Assembly: GCA_963705305.1 (NCBI GenBank)
Contig: OY970067.1
Span: forward strand, 3,168,001-3,232,000
Direction: 5' to 3'
From: an uncultured Methylomirabilota bacterium
GTDB lineage: Bacteria; Methylomirabilota; Methylomirabilia; Methylomirabilales; 2-02-FULL-66-22
DNA: 64,000 bases
Below, piece by piece: positions 31,273 to 40,693 of this stretch; the stretch's first letter is position 1, and every line of letters begins with the position of its first letter. The position numbers were made by a program, and so were the translations under genes. The notes beneath the pieces are model-generated. The model worked only from the letters and a program-made list of their open reading frames with translations, was not told where the DNA came from and searched no databases.

Positions 31273-31315
31273 ATTTTCCCAAAGAACCAGGAACCAGCAA
31301 TGACAGGTTTCTGCA
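31273..31315 (-). promoter_or_regulatory. Island promoter, copy 1 of conserved box
   Basis: TGCAGAAACCTGT-ca-TTGCTG-N16-GAAAAT. Confidence 0.6.
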
Positions 31316-31425
31316 AGCCCGCCGAGTAACGCTGCAAGAATGCCGGCTGGCTTTGGGCGGGTGTCGACGTTGATGTGGAATTGCGGAGAGACGAAAAAGC
31401 CGCCCTACCGGGAAGTTAGAATGGT

Positions 31426-31443
31426 ATGCAACACGCCGTGTTG
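31426..31443. repeat. 18-bp palindromic sequence, identical copy at 58792-58809
   Basis: ATGCAACACGCCGTGTTG (CAACAC-N3-GTGTTG). Confidence 0.75.
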
Positions 31444-31742
31444 TTTTGGCGGTGAGGCAGCAACCCCCTCGGACCTGTTTCTAGGCGCTCGCTGGACTCG
31501 ATGCTAGAAGCGACCCTGCGCCCCAAACATAATACCCACTGGGTGAGCGTGGTTCAGGTTGGAAAGGCCCGTCCGGATCTCGGGCTCAGCTACGGGCAGG
31601 ATCGCCGCAGGACGTGGGCGCGATCGCGAAGTTGGAACGTGGTGTGGACGGTGCCCTCCAAGTTCTCGACAATTCATTCACAGCCTCCAGAGGCGAGCCT
31701 GAGGAGCGCAACAGGAGAGGGGGAATAACCTGCCGGGCATGG

Positions 31743-32450
31743 CTATTTCTCCGAGCGCAGGTCCTGCGGTGCTTGCGGTTCGGGGTCGGGCTGATTGTTC
31801 CAGTAGGGAGTGTGGACGGACAGGGCCCACGGCTCCGCTAACTCGGCGTCCAAGAGTTGCTGGTTGATGACGAGCTCTGGTGATAGCTCCTCCTTGGGGT
31901 TGTGGGCCGCAAAGACCACGACCAGCGGATACCCCTCGGCATCTCTCTCATCGTACTTGTGGACGACGAGGCGCTTCTCCAGACAGCACTTCACGAGGAA
32001 GTCGGTCGCCGCCTGCTCGGTTTCTGACGGGATCGTGATTCCCAGGAGGCGTGCAGCTCCGACGCCCGCGATCTTCAGAGTGCGACCGTCGATCACCGCC
32101 GTGATCCGCCGACCCTCCTGGATCTGCTTGGCCGTTCCCACCGTGAGGTGGAGCACGCTGCCTGCCTGCTCCTTCGCCTTGCCGACCACCGTGTCGACCA
32201 CTGGCGTCACCTGCCTGCCCAGAACGTCTCGGCAGTTGCGCTTCACGCTCGCGATGGCCTCCTTGACCTTGAGATCCCACTCGGAGGTCACGCTCCCGTC
32301 GCCGTTCACCCACTCGGCCAGCTTGTTCACGGAGTCGCAGGTCATACTCGTCCGCTGGTCCTGGGGCTGCATGATGAACCAGCCAGCCCCGGCCAGCGCG
32401 CCCAGGAGGAGCATCGCGCCGGGGGTGATGCGTCCGCGGGGATCAGCCAT
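31743..32450 (-). CDS. Membrane-anchored thermonuclease (SNase)-fold protein, active site degenerate
   Basis: N-terminal TM; VIDGRTL, RLLGITIP, DAEGYPLVVV and INQQLLDAELA align with SNase blocks. Confidence 0.7.
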   Translation of the reverse strand: MADPRGRITPGAMLLLGALAGAGWFIMQPQDQRTSMTCDSVNKLAEWVNGDGSVTSEWDLKVKEAIASVKRNCRDVLGRQVTPVVDTVVGKAKEQAGSVLHLTVGTAKQIQEGRRITAVIDGRTLKIAGVGAARLLGITIPSETEQAATDFLVKCCLEKRLVVHKYDERDAEGYPLVVVFAAHNPKEELSPELVINQQLLDAELAEPWALSVHTPYWNNQPDPEPQAPQDLRSEK

Positions 32451-34506
32451 CGTGCCTGTCCTGGAGGGACGGTACCCCTCGCCCGTCTTCGGTGATGGGA
32501 GCGCATGCTTCCCGGTCCCTGGCGGGGCCCGCCACGTCTCTCTCTGGCTGGATCGCCCCGGGATTCTGCTGGTGCCCGGCGTCGGGGCTGGCCGTCGTCG
32601 CGGCCGCCAGGATTGGCCCCCAGGGATCGATCCACGACGGCGTACTGGGCTTGGGGGTGAACTTGGGGCGACTGGGCCAGCGCTCGAGCACCTCGACCGG
32701 GAGGCGCGACCGCGTGACGAGCCAGCAGGCAAGCCACACTCGTCGTCCCACGTCAACCTGCCAGAGGGTCCCGCGTTGCCCATGGTGCTCCTCGACGAGC
32801 CAGCCCAGCTTCCGGAAGGCCGCGGCGAGATTGGACGCCGAGGCATGCGGGACGGGGATCTTGGCCCCTGTCGCGTTGTTGATCTCCTGGGCGCTGATCT
32901 GCAGCCGGCCGCACTCCTGGACCGTCAGCTGACCGCAGAGCCAGTGCCGGAGCCTGGTGTCCAGCAGCATGACGAGGTCCGTGTCCGGGATGGTGAGCCC
33001 GGCGAACATGCTGAGGGCATTGACCTCCAACTGCGGCAGGGCGGCCACGAGCGCCTGGGTGAGACGGTCCACCAACTCCGGCTGGACGGGGACCACCTGT
33101 CTTGCCTCCGCGGCTGCTTCCGGGGCGGTCGCAGGGGCTACGGGTGGTGGGGGCGTGACTGCTGGAGCCTCCGGCAGTGCCGGGGCGGCTAGTGTCGCCT
33201 GCTCTGCCGCTGGCGCCCCCGAGGTCACCTCGAGGCAGCGGACCGAGAGCGCCGCCGCGGCCGGACCGGGAGGCGCAGCGGCCGAGGGGACGACCGGAGC
33301 TGGCGCGACCGGTGCAGGCCCGGGGAGTGGTGTGGCGGGAGCCGTGGTCGAGAGGACGGCGGCGGGCATCTGCGCTCCCGAAGGCGGTGGCGTCGGCACC
33401 ACGGGCACCGCGATCTTCTGGGCCTGCCCACTCGACCCGGCCCCTACTGCTCGGTCCACCTCCCAGCGCGCCGTCTGTTTGTGCGCCTGGGCGAGGATCG
33501 CCAGGAGGGAAAGCGCCCGCTGGCTCGCGTCCAGGGGGACCCTCGTCGGGGCGTGGTGGAACCGGACCGCGATCCGGAGGTCTTCCCGCTCGTCGGCGGG
33601 CAGCGCCTGCCACTCGGGAAGGGCCGTGAGGATCTGGCTGCTCATCCGATCGTGGTGGCGCAGCACGCGAATCCACCGGTCGGCCTCGCGCTGGAAGGTC
33701 ACCAGCTTGCCTAGGTCGTGCGCCAAGGCGAGCTGCTCCACCAGGGCCGGGAGCAAGGCCGCGCGCTGGGCCAGCTCGAGCGCTCGCTCTCGGATGGCCA
33801 CCACGTGCTTGCCCAGGCTTGTGTCTCCGTGGTGGCGCGAGGGAGTCCCGTCTGGCTCCGGCACGTCCGCCGGCCAAGACGAACAGGCCAAATACCGTTC
33901 CAGGACCGCGACCGCCAGCTGGCTCATCGGCTGGAAACTCGCTGCCCAGGTCGGTCGGGACCGCGGGGCCGCCAGGCGGAGTGCGACGGCCCAGCGTTCG
34001 AGTCGAGTGGGAGAGTAGGGTTGAGCGGCCAGCTGCGCCGCGGGGAGAGGGCAGGGAACGAAAATCCCCTCGTATCGGATCCCCATCCGGGACTCGCACC
34101 GGCGTGGCAGACCGCGGCCTTGCCACCACTCCGCCATGTTCTGGAGCAGGAACAGGAGGGCGCCGAAGCCGCACACGCCCACCAGGCACGCCTTCCAGAG
34201 CCAGAAGACGTACTGGTCGTGCGCCGCCAGCAGGATCGCTTGCGCGGCCTGCAGCTGGCTCTGGAGGTACACCTTGTGGTGGCGGAGCGCCTCGACTACG
34301 ACCTGCGCCTCCGCGCTCTCGGTGTGTGGTGCGAGGTACCGTCCGACCACCGCCATCGCGGGGAGGCTTGGGCCTGCCAGACGCAGCCCCAGCTCGGCGA
34401 GAGCGTAGAACAGCGCATCGAAGAAGGCGAGTGCGGCGGCGAACGTGAGGAGACGCCGCGGGTAGAAGCCCTCCTGCTGGATTTCCGTCGGCTTTGCGGC
34501 AAACAT
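32443..34506 (-). CDS. HD-domain protein with N-terminal TM helices (possible MOBH-type relaxase)
   Basis: HH-x7-H, LAHDLGK, later HH motifs, Pro/Ala linker; downstream of traD. Confidence 0.65.
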   Translation of the reverse strand: MFAAKPTEIQQEGFYPRRLLTFAAALAFFDALFYALAELGLRLAGPSLPAMAVVGRYLAPHTESAEAQVVVEALRHHKVYLQSQLQAAQAILLAAHDQYVFWLWKACLVGVCGFGALLFLLQNMAEWWQGRGLPRRCESRMGIRYEGIFVPCPLPAAQLAAQPYSPTRLERWAVALRLAAPRSRPTWAASFQPMSQLAVAVLERYLACSSWPADVPEPDGTPSRHHGDTSLGKHVVAIRERALELAQRAALLPALVEQLALAHDLGKLVTFQREADRWIRVLRHHDRMSSQILTALPEWQALPADEREDLRIAVRFHHAPTRVPLDASQRALSLLAILAQAHKQTARWEVDRAVGAGSSGQAQKIAVPVVPTPPPSGAQMPAAVLSTTAPATPLPGPAPVAPAPVVPSAAAPPGPAAAALSVRCLEVTSGAPAAEQATLAAPALPEAPAVTPPPPVAPATAPEAAAEARQVVPVQPELVDRLTQALVAALPQLEVNALSMFAGLTIPDTDLVMLLDTRLRHWLCGQLTVQECGRLQISAQEINNATGAKIPVPHASASNLAAAFRKLGWLVEEHHGQRGTLWQVDVGRRVWLACWLVTRSRLPVEVLERWPSRPKFTPKPSTPSWIDPWGPILAAATTASPDAGHQQNPGAIQPERDVAGPARDREACAPITEDGRGVPSLQDRHDG

Positions 34507-34699
34507 CGAGCGTCCCTCGACTCAGTCCGTCGGCCCGAGGGGCCAGCTTCGTTGACAGGGCCGGTCCGGTCGCGCACACCCCGTGGCCCGAGGCCGACGC
34601 CGCTGCCGGCGTTCCGTGCGCCGAGTCGTGGCCCGGCCGCTCAGAGCCGTGTGGGCTGACCCGTCAACGGGACCCAAGGGAATCGCCCCCTCCCCTCCC

Positions 34700-35008
34700 T
34701 CACCTGACGTTCCCCCAGAGCCGGGCGAACGCCGTGCGTCCGCTGCTCCACATCAGACGGAACATGGCCAGGAAGGCCTGGGCCAGGACGCGGAGGATCA
34801 CGAGCATCGTTGTGAGGGCCGCGAGTACTGCCGCCTGGGCCAGGAACCTCGATGGGGCCCAGAAGAGGGCGCCAACCAGGAGGAATCCGCCGAGGAGGAT
34901 CCAGGAGCCGACCGCCGGCGCGAGGGTGGGCCAGAGCCAAGAGGACACCTGGTCGCCGGCAACATAGAGCAACCCGCAGAGCACGAGATAGAGCAGACAG
35001 CCCATCAC
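34700..35008 (-). CDS. Small integral membrane protein
   Basis: About 3 hydrophobic helices; 4-bp overlap with the traD stop. Confidence 0.6.
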   Translation of the reverse strand: MMGCLLYLVLCGLLYVAGDQVSSWLWPTLAPAVGSWILLGGFLLVGALFWAPSRFLAQAAVLAALTTMLVILRVLAQAFLAMFRLMWSSGRTAFARLWGNVR

Positions 35009-36849
35009 GCCTCCGCTTCGCTGTCGGCTGGCTCCGCCCGCTCCGGCTCAGCGGGGGGTGCCGGGGCCGGTCCGAGGATGGTGAAGTCCTGCGTCTGCCG
35101 TTTCCGGGTCGGCCGCTTGCCGCCGGTGCGCGTGGTGCTCGTCCTCGAGGCTTCCCCGGTCCCGTTCCCACCCCCCTCGGACACGTTCGCCGTTTTGGGA
35201 AGCGCCTCGATCAGGTTGAGCCCGCGCGGGTTGTTCCGGGGCACCGGCTTCATCTCCTCGTGCCCCGCCTCCGGCAGTTCCAGATACACCAGTTGGGCAT
35301 CCTCGTGCAGGCTCGCCCCAGTGTCCGGGTCCTGGATGTACAGGACCGCCTGGCCCGTTCGCTGATGCATGAGCTGCTCCGGTCGGATTACGTAGTCGTA
35401 CCGCTCCTGGACGCCGTGCGATTCGCTCTGGCCGTTGTTCGACCGATCTGGCATCGGGCTCACCCACGCCGCCGAGCGGCTCTGGGTGCGGGCCGTCATC
35501 CTCGAGCGGAAGAGCGCGATCTCCTCGCCGACGGTCTTGGCCATCGTCTCCGCGGTGGGGAAGTCCCCGAGCTTCATGATGACCTTCGTCGAGCAGTTTC
35601 CAAAGATGAAGTCCTGCTGCTGCCTGCTGGCGATGGCGAACCCCGAGGCCACCTGGGCAGCGGCCACGAGTCCCACCCCCGCCGAGCGGGCCTGCTCGAA
35701 GAGCCGCTCGATCCCCTCGACGTTCATGTAGGCGGAGGCCTCATCCATGAGGACGAGGTAGGGGATCCGCGGACGGTCATTCCGTTGCTGCAGGGTCCCG
35801 ACCGCCTGTTTCAGGTCGGCGATCAGCATCCGCGCCATGGCGGTGGCGGTCTCGGTCTCCGCCAGGATCGGGAGCGCCACGTAGACGATGAGCCCGTGGA
35901 GGAGGGCGTCGAGGAGATCGAGGGATGGGCCGGTGTGGTTCATGATCTTGCCGAGCTCGCCCCAGGCGTACGCCGACACGTAGGAGGGGGCCCCGCCCAC
36001 CATTTTCTTCATGCGCTCGATGTCGAGTTGCCCCTTCTGGTTCCGGTAGTTCGCCAGGAACGAGGTCAAGGCCGAGTGCTCCTCGGTCCCTGGCGGACAG
36101 GTGCGCTCGAGCCAGAGGAGGGCATCTGCCGAGGTAAGGGCCTGGTACACGTCGTTGAAGGTGATCAGTGGATTGATCCGAATCATGGCCCCGAGGATGG
36201 CGTGGAGCGCGGTATTGGCCTGCCCGCGCCAGAAGTCCGCCTCACCCTTCCCCGCGCTCGCGCCCCACAGGGCCATGACCCGGGAGAGGATCTCTTGCAG
36301 CCGGCCGCGGAGCAGCGGGTTCCAGGTGTGCGAGATGGTGGGATCCGGGGGCCAGAGCACCCGGATGTCCTCGACCCGGTCCGCGTGCCGGCAGAGCGCT
36401 AGGACGGTTTGCAGGGACTCCTTGTCGACCTTGGCGTCGATCATCAGGCAGCCCCCGCCACGCTGGATCTGCTGGGCGAGCAAGGAGAGGAGCAGTTGCG
36501 TCTTGCCGGAGCCCGAGCTTCCCAAGACCAGGGTGTGATACTGCAGGCTATGGTTACTGAGCCGGATCCACCCTGCCGTCTTGCTCCAGCCCACGGTAAG
36601 GGCATCCCCCACGGGCGCCGGCGTGCGCGGCTTGCGCATGTCGTTACTCACTCGGTCGGACACCAAGCAGAACGCCCCGAGGCCCCCCGCAAGCAGGAGC
36701 AGGATCAGGAAGAGGGTCTTCAAGGGCAGGTAGAGGCTGCCTAGCGCCGCGTGGAGAAGGACGAAGCGAGGCAGGGGGAACAGGGGAAAGCCCGTCGCCA
36801 GGGCGAGGAGGCCAAAGAAGCACCAGGTCCACCGACTTGAAGAGCCCAT
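35005..36849 (-). CDS. traD: Type IV coupling protein (TraD/VirD4-like)
   Basis: N-terminal TMs, Walker A GSSGSGKT, IDAK, TWNPL, Walker B VLMDEA, FEQARSAG. Confidence 0.88.
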   Translation of the reverse strand: MGSSSRWTWCFFGLLALATGFPLFPLPRFVLLHAALGSLYLPLKTLFLILLLLAGGLGAFCLVSDRVSNDMRKPRTPAPVGDALTVGWSKTAGWIRLSNHSLQYHTLVLGSSGSGKTQLLLSLLAQQIQRGGGCLMIDAKVDKESLQTVLALCRHADRVEDIRVLWPPDPTISHTWNPLLRGRLQEILSRVMALWGASAGKGEADFWRGQANTALHAILGAMIRINPLITFNDVYQALTSADALLWLERTCPPGTEEHSALTSFLANYRNQKGQLDIERMKKMVGGAPSYVSAYAWGELGKIMNHTGPSLDLLDALLHGLIVYVALPILAETETATAMARMLIADLKQAVGTLQQRNDRPRIPYLVLMDEASAYMNVEGIERLFEQARSAGVGLVAAAQVASGFAIASRQQQDFIFGNCSTKVIMKLGDFPTAETMAKTVGEEIALFRSRMTARTQSRSAAWVSPMPDRSNNGQSESHGVQERYDYVIRPEQLMHQRTGQAVLYIQDPDTGASLHEDAQLVYLELPEAGHEEMKPVPRNNPRGLNLIEALPKTANVSEGGGNGTGEASRTSTTRTGGKRPTRKRQTQDFTILGPAPAPPAEPERAEPADSEAEA

Positions 36850-36908
36850 CGCGCGTCTCGCCTTCGCTCCGTGCGGCCCGGGGAAGAGCTGGCCGCTGTT
36901 CGCAGGCA

Positions 36909-36951
36909 AGCATAGGCAATGCCGCGGCGGTGTCGAGAGCATCTTTCTGCA
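36909..36951 (-). promoter_or_regulatory. Island promoter, copy 2 (traD operon)
   Basis: TGCAGAAAGATGC-tc-TCGACA-N16-TATGCT. Confidence 0.65.
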
Positions 36952-37304
36952 GCCATCTGACGAATGGGCCGCTTCTCGATGACAGCTCTCGGTGACGGCC
37001 TTCGAAGATGCAAGAAATGTTTCGCGCCCATCTGGCGCGCGGTTCCCGCTTCCGTTGCTACGCTGGAGACCGCGCTGAAGGGGTAGAAGTAGAGAAATTA
37101 CGGGTGCGCTTGGGGTGGAGGTCTGATGGAAAACACGAACTCCTCCGGTCTGCCGCGCGATTTCATACGAGACCGGAGGCATTAGCTAATAGTTGCAGAG
37201 CTTCTCTAGCTCCGAGGTCGCGGCGACGATCGACGCGACCGTGCGGCACGATACCGAGATGCGGGTGGAGAAGAACTTCGTGGGATGTCCGTGTAGTCTT
37301 GCTG

Positions 37305-38102
37305 TCAAAGGTCCGCCGATCTTCTGGCGATGAGCGCGCTGACCTCGACGATTTCGCTGAATTCGCCAGCCGGGGAGAGGCGCGCCAACCCTGCCCGCAG
37401 CGCTCGCTCGAAGGCGGGGCGCCGCTCGCCGAGGGTATCGGGGGACGTGGTGGAAGACGAATAGGCGCGGCCGACGATCGCGTCCGCGTCCAGCCGGCGC
37501 GTGACGATCACGCCGTGACGTTCGAGCGAGGAGAACGCGGAGCGCAGCAGCACCACCTCCTGCGGCTCTTCCAATTGCTTCCGCTCCCGGCGCTCGGCGG
37601 CGACCGCGGGCACGAAGTCTTCGCGGAGCCGCTCGACGAGGGCCCGCCAATCCGCGCCGTGGGTCGCAATGGGCTTGTCACCGAACAGGGCAATGCCCCC
37701 GCCAGGCTCGATCAGGTGATCGAGGACCGCGAGCGTGGCGTCGCGATCCATCCAGTGGAACGAACGACCCAGGGTCGCGAGCCGGAAGCGGCCGAGCGTC
37801 AGAGTGAGGTCGTAGGAACTGCCCTCGATCGTCTTCACGGAGACCCCCGCCGCTGCGGCGCGCTCGCGGGCGGCCGCGAGCATCCTCGGCTCGGGATCGA
37901 GTGCGGTGACGGTCGCCCCGAGGCGCGCGAACGCGATGGCAAGCTGACCCGGCCCACAGCCCAGATCGAGCACGGGACTCGCGGATTCAAGCCCGAGCCG
38001 GTCGGCGACGAGGGCGATGAGCCGGTTCGGGTACGGAACGCGATACCGCAGGTAGTACGGGACCGTGGATTGGAAGCGGTGGGGGTCGAAGGGAACCGTC
38101 AT
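37305..38102 (-). CDS. Class I SAM-dependent methyltransferase
   Basis: VLDLGCGPG, ALDPEPRML, GRSFHWMD, EPGGGIAL. Confidence 0.9.
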   Translation of the reverse strand: MTVPFDPHRFQSTVPYYLRYRVPYPNRLIALVADRLGLESASPVLDLGCGPGQLAIAFARLGATVTALDPEPRMLAAARERAAAAGVSVKTIEGSSYDLTLTLGRFRLATLGRSFHWMDRDATLAVLDHLIEPGGGIALFGDKPIATHGADWRALVERLREDFVPAVAAERRERKQLEEPQEVVLLRSAFSSLERHGVIVTRRLDADAIVGRAYSSSTTSPDTLGERRPAFERALRAGLARLSPAGEFSEIVEVSALIARRSADL

Positions 38103-38131
38103 GGTGGCACTAGCAGGAGTCTGGCGCTGCG

Positions 38132-38653
38132 CTATGTAGACATCAGATCATACGGGATGTCCCCGAGAAGCTTTCCCCAGCGGCTCACGGCCTTCGTGAC
38201 CTGGTCCAGGGCCGTGCAGTACCCCACCGGGTCGAAGCCATCCGGATCGCTACGGAGGAAGGTCAACATGGCTTCGCACTGTTCTGCGATCGCTCCGACG
38301 AGGGCCCGGGCCCGCTGTCGCACCGGGGCCGCCGGATCGATGAAGCGTGCGGGCAATTTTGCCCGGGTGAACTCAATCCGCTCGCTCCCGCCTCTTGCGT
38401 TGTACACCTCGTCGGTTGCCAGCCGTAATCCATTCTCGAAGGCCCCTTCGAATTTCATCCAGAGTCCGCTGAACTGGGCGGCCGTGAAGTCCGGGTGCTC
38501 CTCCATGAACTTGTGGAGCTCGAACAGTGGGGCCATGGTCTTCTCGATCACCTGGATGGCCCGGGTCCGGTGATTCACCTCCGGCTGGCCGGAGGTCCCC
38601 CGGGTCTCTGCGATAACCTCCGGGGTAACGGCAGACACATTGCGTGTTTTCAT
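38132..38653 (-). CDS. Hypothetical alpha-helical protein
   Basis: Clean ORF with SD AGAGAGGG; no family recognised. Confidence 0.55.
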   Translation of the reverse strand: MKTRNVSAVTPEVIAETRGTSGQPEVNHRTRAIQVIEKTMAPLFELHKFMEEHPDFTAAQFSGLWMKFEGAFENGLRLATDEVYNARGGSERIEFTRAKLPARFIDPAAPVRQRARALVGAIAEQCEAMLTFLRSDPDGFDPVGYCTALDQVTKAVSRWGKLLGDIPYDLMST

Positions 38654-39046
38654 GGCCCTCTCTTTGTATCTTACCGCAATCGGCTTGGAAAGCATAAGCT
38701 GGTGCACCGAGGGCAAGAATCCAACAAAGCTAAAAGGGGCAACTTGTCCGGTCTCCGCGTCGAGCTAGTAGCCGGATCCATCACGCCGCTGGAGGAACCG
38801 GCAGTGTCAGTCCGGTGGTCAGTGTCCTATTCTGATCGAAAGCGACCCGGCGCGCTGCATCCCCCCGTACCGAATCAGCCATTTTCCGGTTTTCACTTCA
38901 GATCCATCAGTCACTTCGGGGAGATGGACCATTCCATTCATCTTTCCGTAGAAAAAGTCAGCATAGCTATCGGCCCTCTTGGTACTTCACTCGAGTCAAT
39001 AATGCGTCAAGAAGAGCACTGTAATCCTCTTTCGAGAAAATAATAC

Positions 39047-39076
39047 TTTACAATGTTGCCCGCAACGTTATATAAG
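39047..39076 (+). promoter_or_regulatory. Putative promoter with a dyad in the spacer
   Basis: TTTACA-N18-TATAAG; AATGTTGC-cc-GCAACGTT dyad at 39052-39069. Confidence 0.5.
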
Positions 39077-39177
39077 TCAATTCACTCCTGCGGCTCTTTG
39101 CTCGCATCCGTGGAAAGGAGCGTCCTTCGGAAAGCGTCAAGGATAAGCAGGGGACCCGGAAAGTTCTTTGCGGAGAT

Positions 39178-39513
39178 ATGGCAATGCATCAAGCAGTGGC
39201 TGTGCTAGAGGCAGGGGCGATCGGACCAGTGGAGAACACGGACAGGCGGCTCATGCTGCTGTCGGAGGTCGCAGAACGGGTAAACGTGGACCGGCGTGAT
39301 CTGAACGAGTGGATCAATCTGGGATTGCTCGATCCACGACCGATTGAGGTCGGGCTCAAGGGTCGGCGGACCATCGGGCCCGGGAGGGCCTCAATCCCGT
39401 ACCGCCCATTGGGCAAAGGGTATCTGGTGTCGGAACTCGACGGAATCCGTCAGCAAGTGGAAGCGCTAAAGCAACGCCGGACGTGGCAACCCTACAAGGA
39501 GGCTGCCCAGTGA
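39178..39513 (+). CDS. MerR/Xis-like winged HTH protein
   Basis: MLLSEVAERVNVDRRDLNEWINLGLLDP pattern. Confidence 0.65.
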   Translation: MAMHQAVAVLEAGAIGPVENTDRRLMLLSEVAERVNVDRRDLNEWINLGLLDPRPIEVGLKGRRTIGPGRASIPYRPLGKGYLVSELDGIRQQVEALKQRRTWQPYKEAAQ

Positions 39514-40100
39514 TCCAGGCCCTGACGATCCTCTTCTTCGCCATGGCGGCCCTCCTGGTCTTCTCCGTCTGGCAGCGCGCCCAGGCACAGATCGCCGCCG
39601 ATGTCCCCAAGGGGTATCGGGTGTTCTCGGCCGATCTGGGGCACGACACCCGACTGGACAGCCGGGGCGCCATCCTGCTGCGCGACAATGAGTGGGGGAT
39701 CACGGGAAAGGTAGACCTTCTGCTCCAGAACGTCGCAACCCGTGCCGTGATTCCGGTAGAGTACAAGGCGGCGTGGCACGGATTTGAGCCCGGGAAGGCC
39801 CAGCCGAGCCACATCCACCAGCTCGCCACAGCCCTGGTCCTCTGCGAGGGAGACAGCCGGGTGGGGCAGTCGCCGCCTGAGGGGTGGATTCGCTACATTG
39901 ACGAACGCGGGGCCCTGGTCGCCGCCGGCGAGGTCCACATTCAGAACACGCCGGAGATCCGGGAGCGGGTCATCGCGACCGCCCAGCGGATGCGCCGGGC
40001 CCTCGTGACCAGCGAGGAGCTCCATCGCGATCACCGCTCCGTGGCGAAGTGCTGCCGGTGCGCTCTGCGGGACACCTGCGGCGAGGTCCTGGTCGCCTAG
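39510..40100 (+). CDS. Cas4-like PD-(D/E)xK nuclease, C-terminal half, with N-terminal TM anchor
   Basis: GTG overlapping the upstream stop, SD AAGGAGG; TM ILFFAMAALLVFSVW; GITGKVD, PVEYK, HQL, terminal C-x2-C-x5-C. Confidence 0.82.
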   Translation: MIQALTILFFAMAALLVFSVWQRAQAQIAADVPKGYRVFSADLGHDTRLDSRGAILLRDNEWGITGKVDLLLQNVATRAVIPVEYKAAWHGFEPGKAQPSHIHQLATALVLCEGDSRVGQSPPEGWIRYIDERGALVAAGEVHIQNTPEIRERVIATAQRMRRALVTSEELHRDHRSVAKCCRCALRDTCGEVLVA

Positions 40101-40136
40101 CGGAGAAGAGACGCCATAAATGGACGCTGGAAGCAG

Positions 40137-40415
40137 ATGGAGAAGAGCAATCGGGCGCCGAAGCCCCGGCCCGACCGCCCGGATATTTCCGCCAACGAGA
40201 TCCAAGACTTCTTGTACTGCGCCCGAAGTTGGTGGTTGCGCCGGGTCCAACAGGTGGCCATCAAGACCCCCGAGATGACGGCCGGGACCCAGGCCCATGC
40301 CCTGGTCGGACACCTCGTGGCCGAGACCGTCGTCCTCGAGCGCGTGGTGCGGGCTTGTACCGGCTTGGCCGTGCTGATCGCGGGGGCGATCGGCTACCTG
40401 TGGCTCGTCCGGTAA
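40137..40415 (+). CDS. Cas4-like N-terminal half with C-terminal TM anchor
   Basis: ISANEIQDFLYCARSWWL and MTAGTQAH match the Cas4 N-terminal Cys and GxxxH motifs; TM GLAVLIAGAIGYLWLV. Confidence 0.78.
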   Translation: MEKSNRAPKPRPDRPDISANEIQDFLYCARSWWLRRVQQVAIKTPEMTAGTQAHALVGHLVAETVVLERVVRACTGLAVLIAGAIGYLWLVR

Positions 40416-40439
40416 CCGGACCGGTACAAGAGAGATGCC

Positions 40440-40673
40440 ATGCCTCTCATCATGCTGTTGGCTCTACCGATCTGCGCGGTCGTTCTCGCCATTCGCACTC
40501 ACCGGCAGGCAGTGAAGCGCGGCGAGGATCTCGGGGTCGTCGGGCTAGCTGTCCGGTTGTGGGCGTACGGTCAGGTCCTGGGGCCCCTGCTCCTCGGCTT
40601 GAGCCTCCTGGCCTATCTGATCGGGGTGGTCTGTTTCATGGATGGGCCGTCAGCCCCGAGACACCCCTGGTAG
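40440..40673 (+). CDS. Small membrane protein
   Basis: 77 aa, 2-3 hydrophobic segments, last gene before a terminator. Confidence 0.6.
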   Translation: MPLIMLLALPICAVVLAIRTHRQAVKRGEDLGVVGLAVRLWAYGQVLGPLLLGLSLLAYLIGVVCFMDGPSAPRHPW

Positions 40674-40693
40674 GCCGGTGCCGCGGCTTACTC

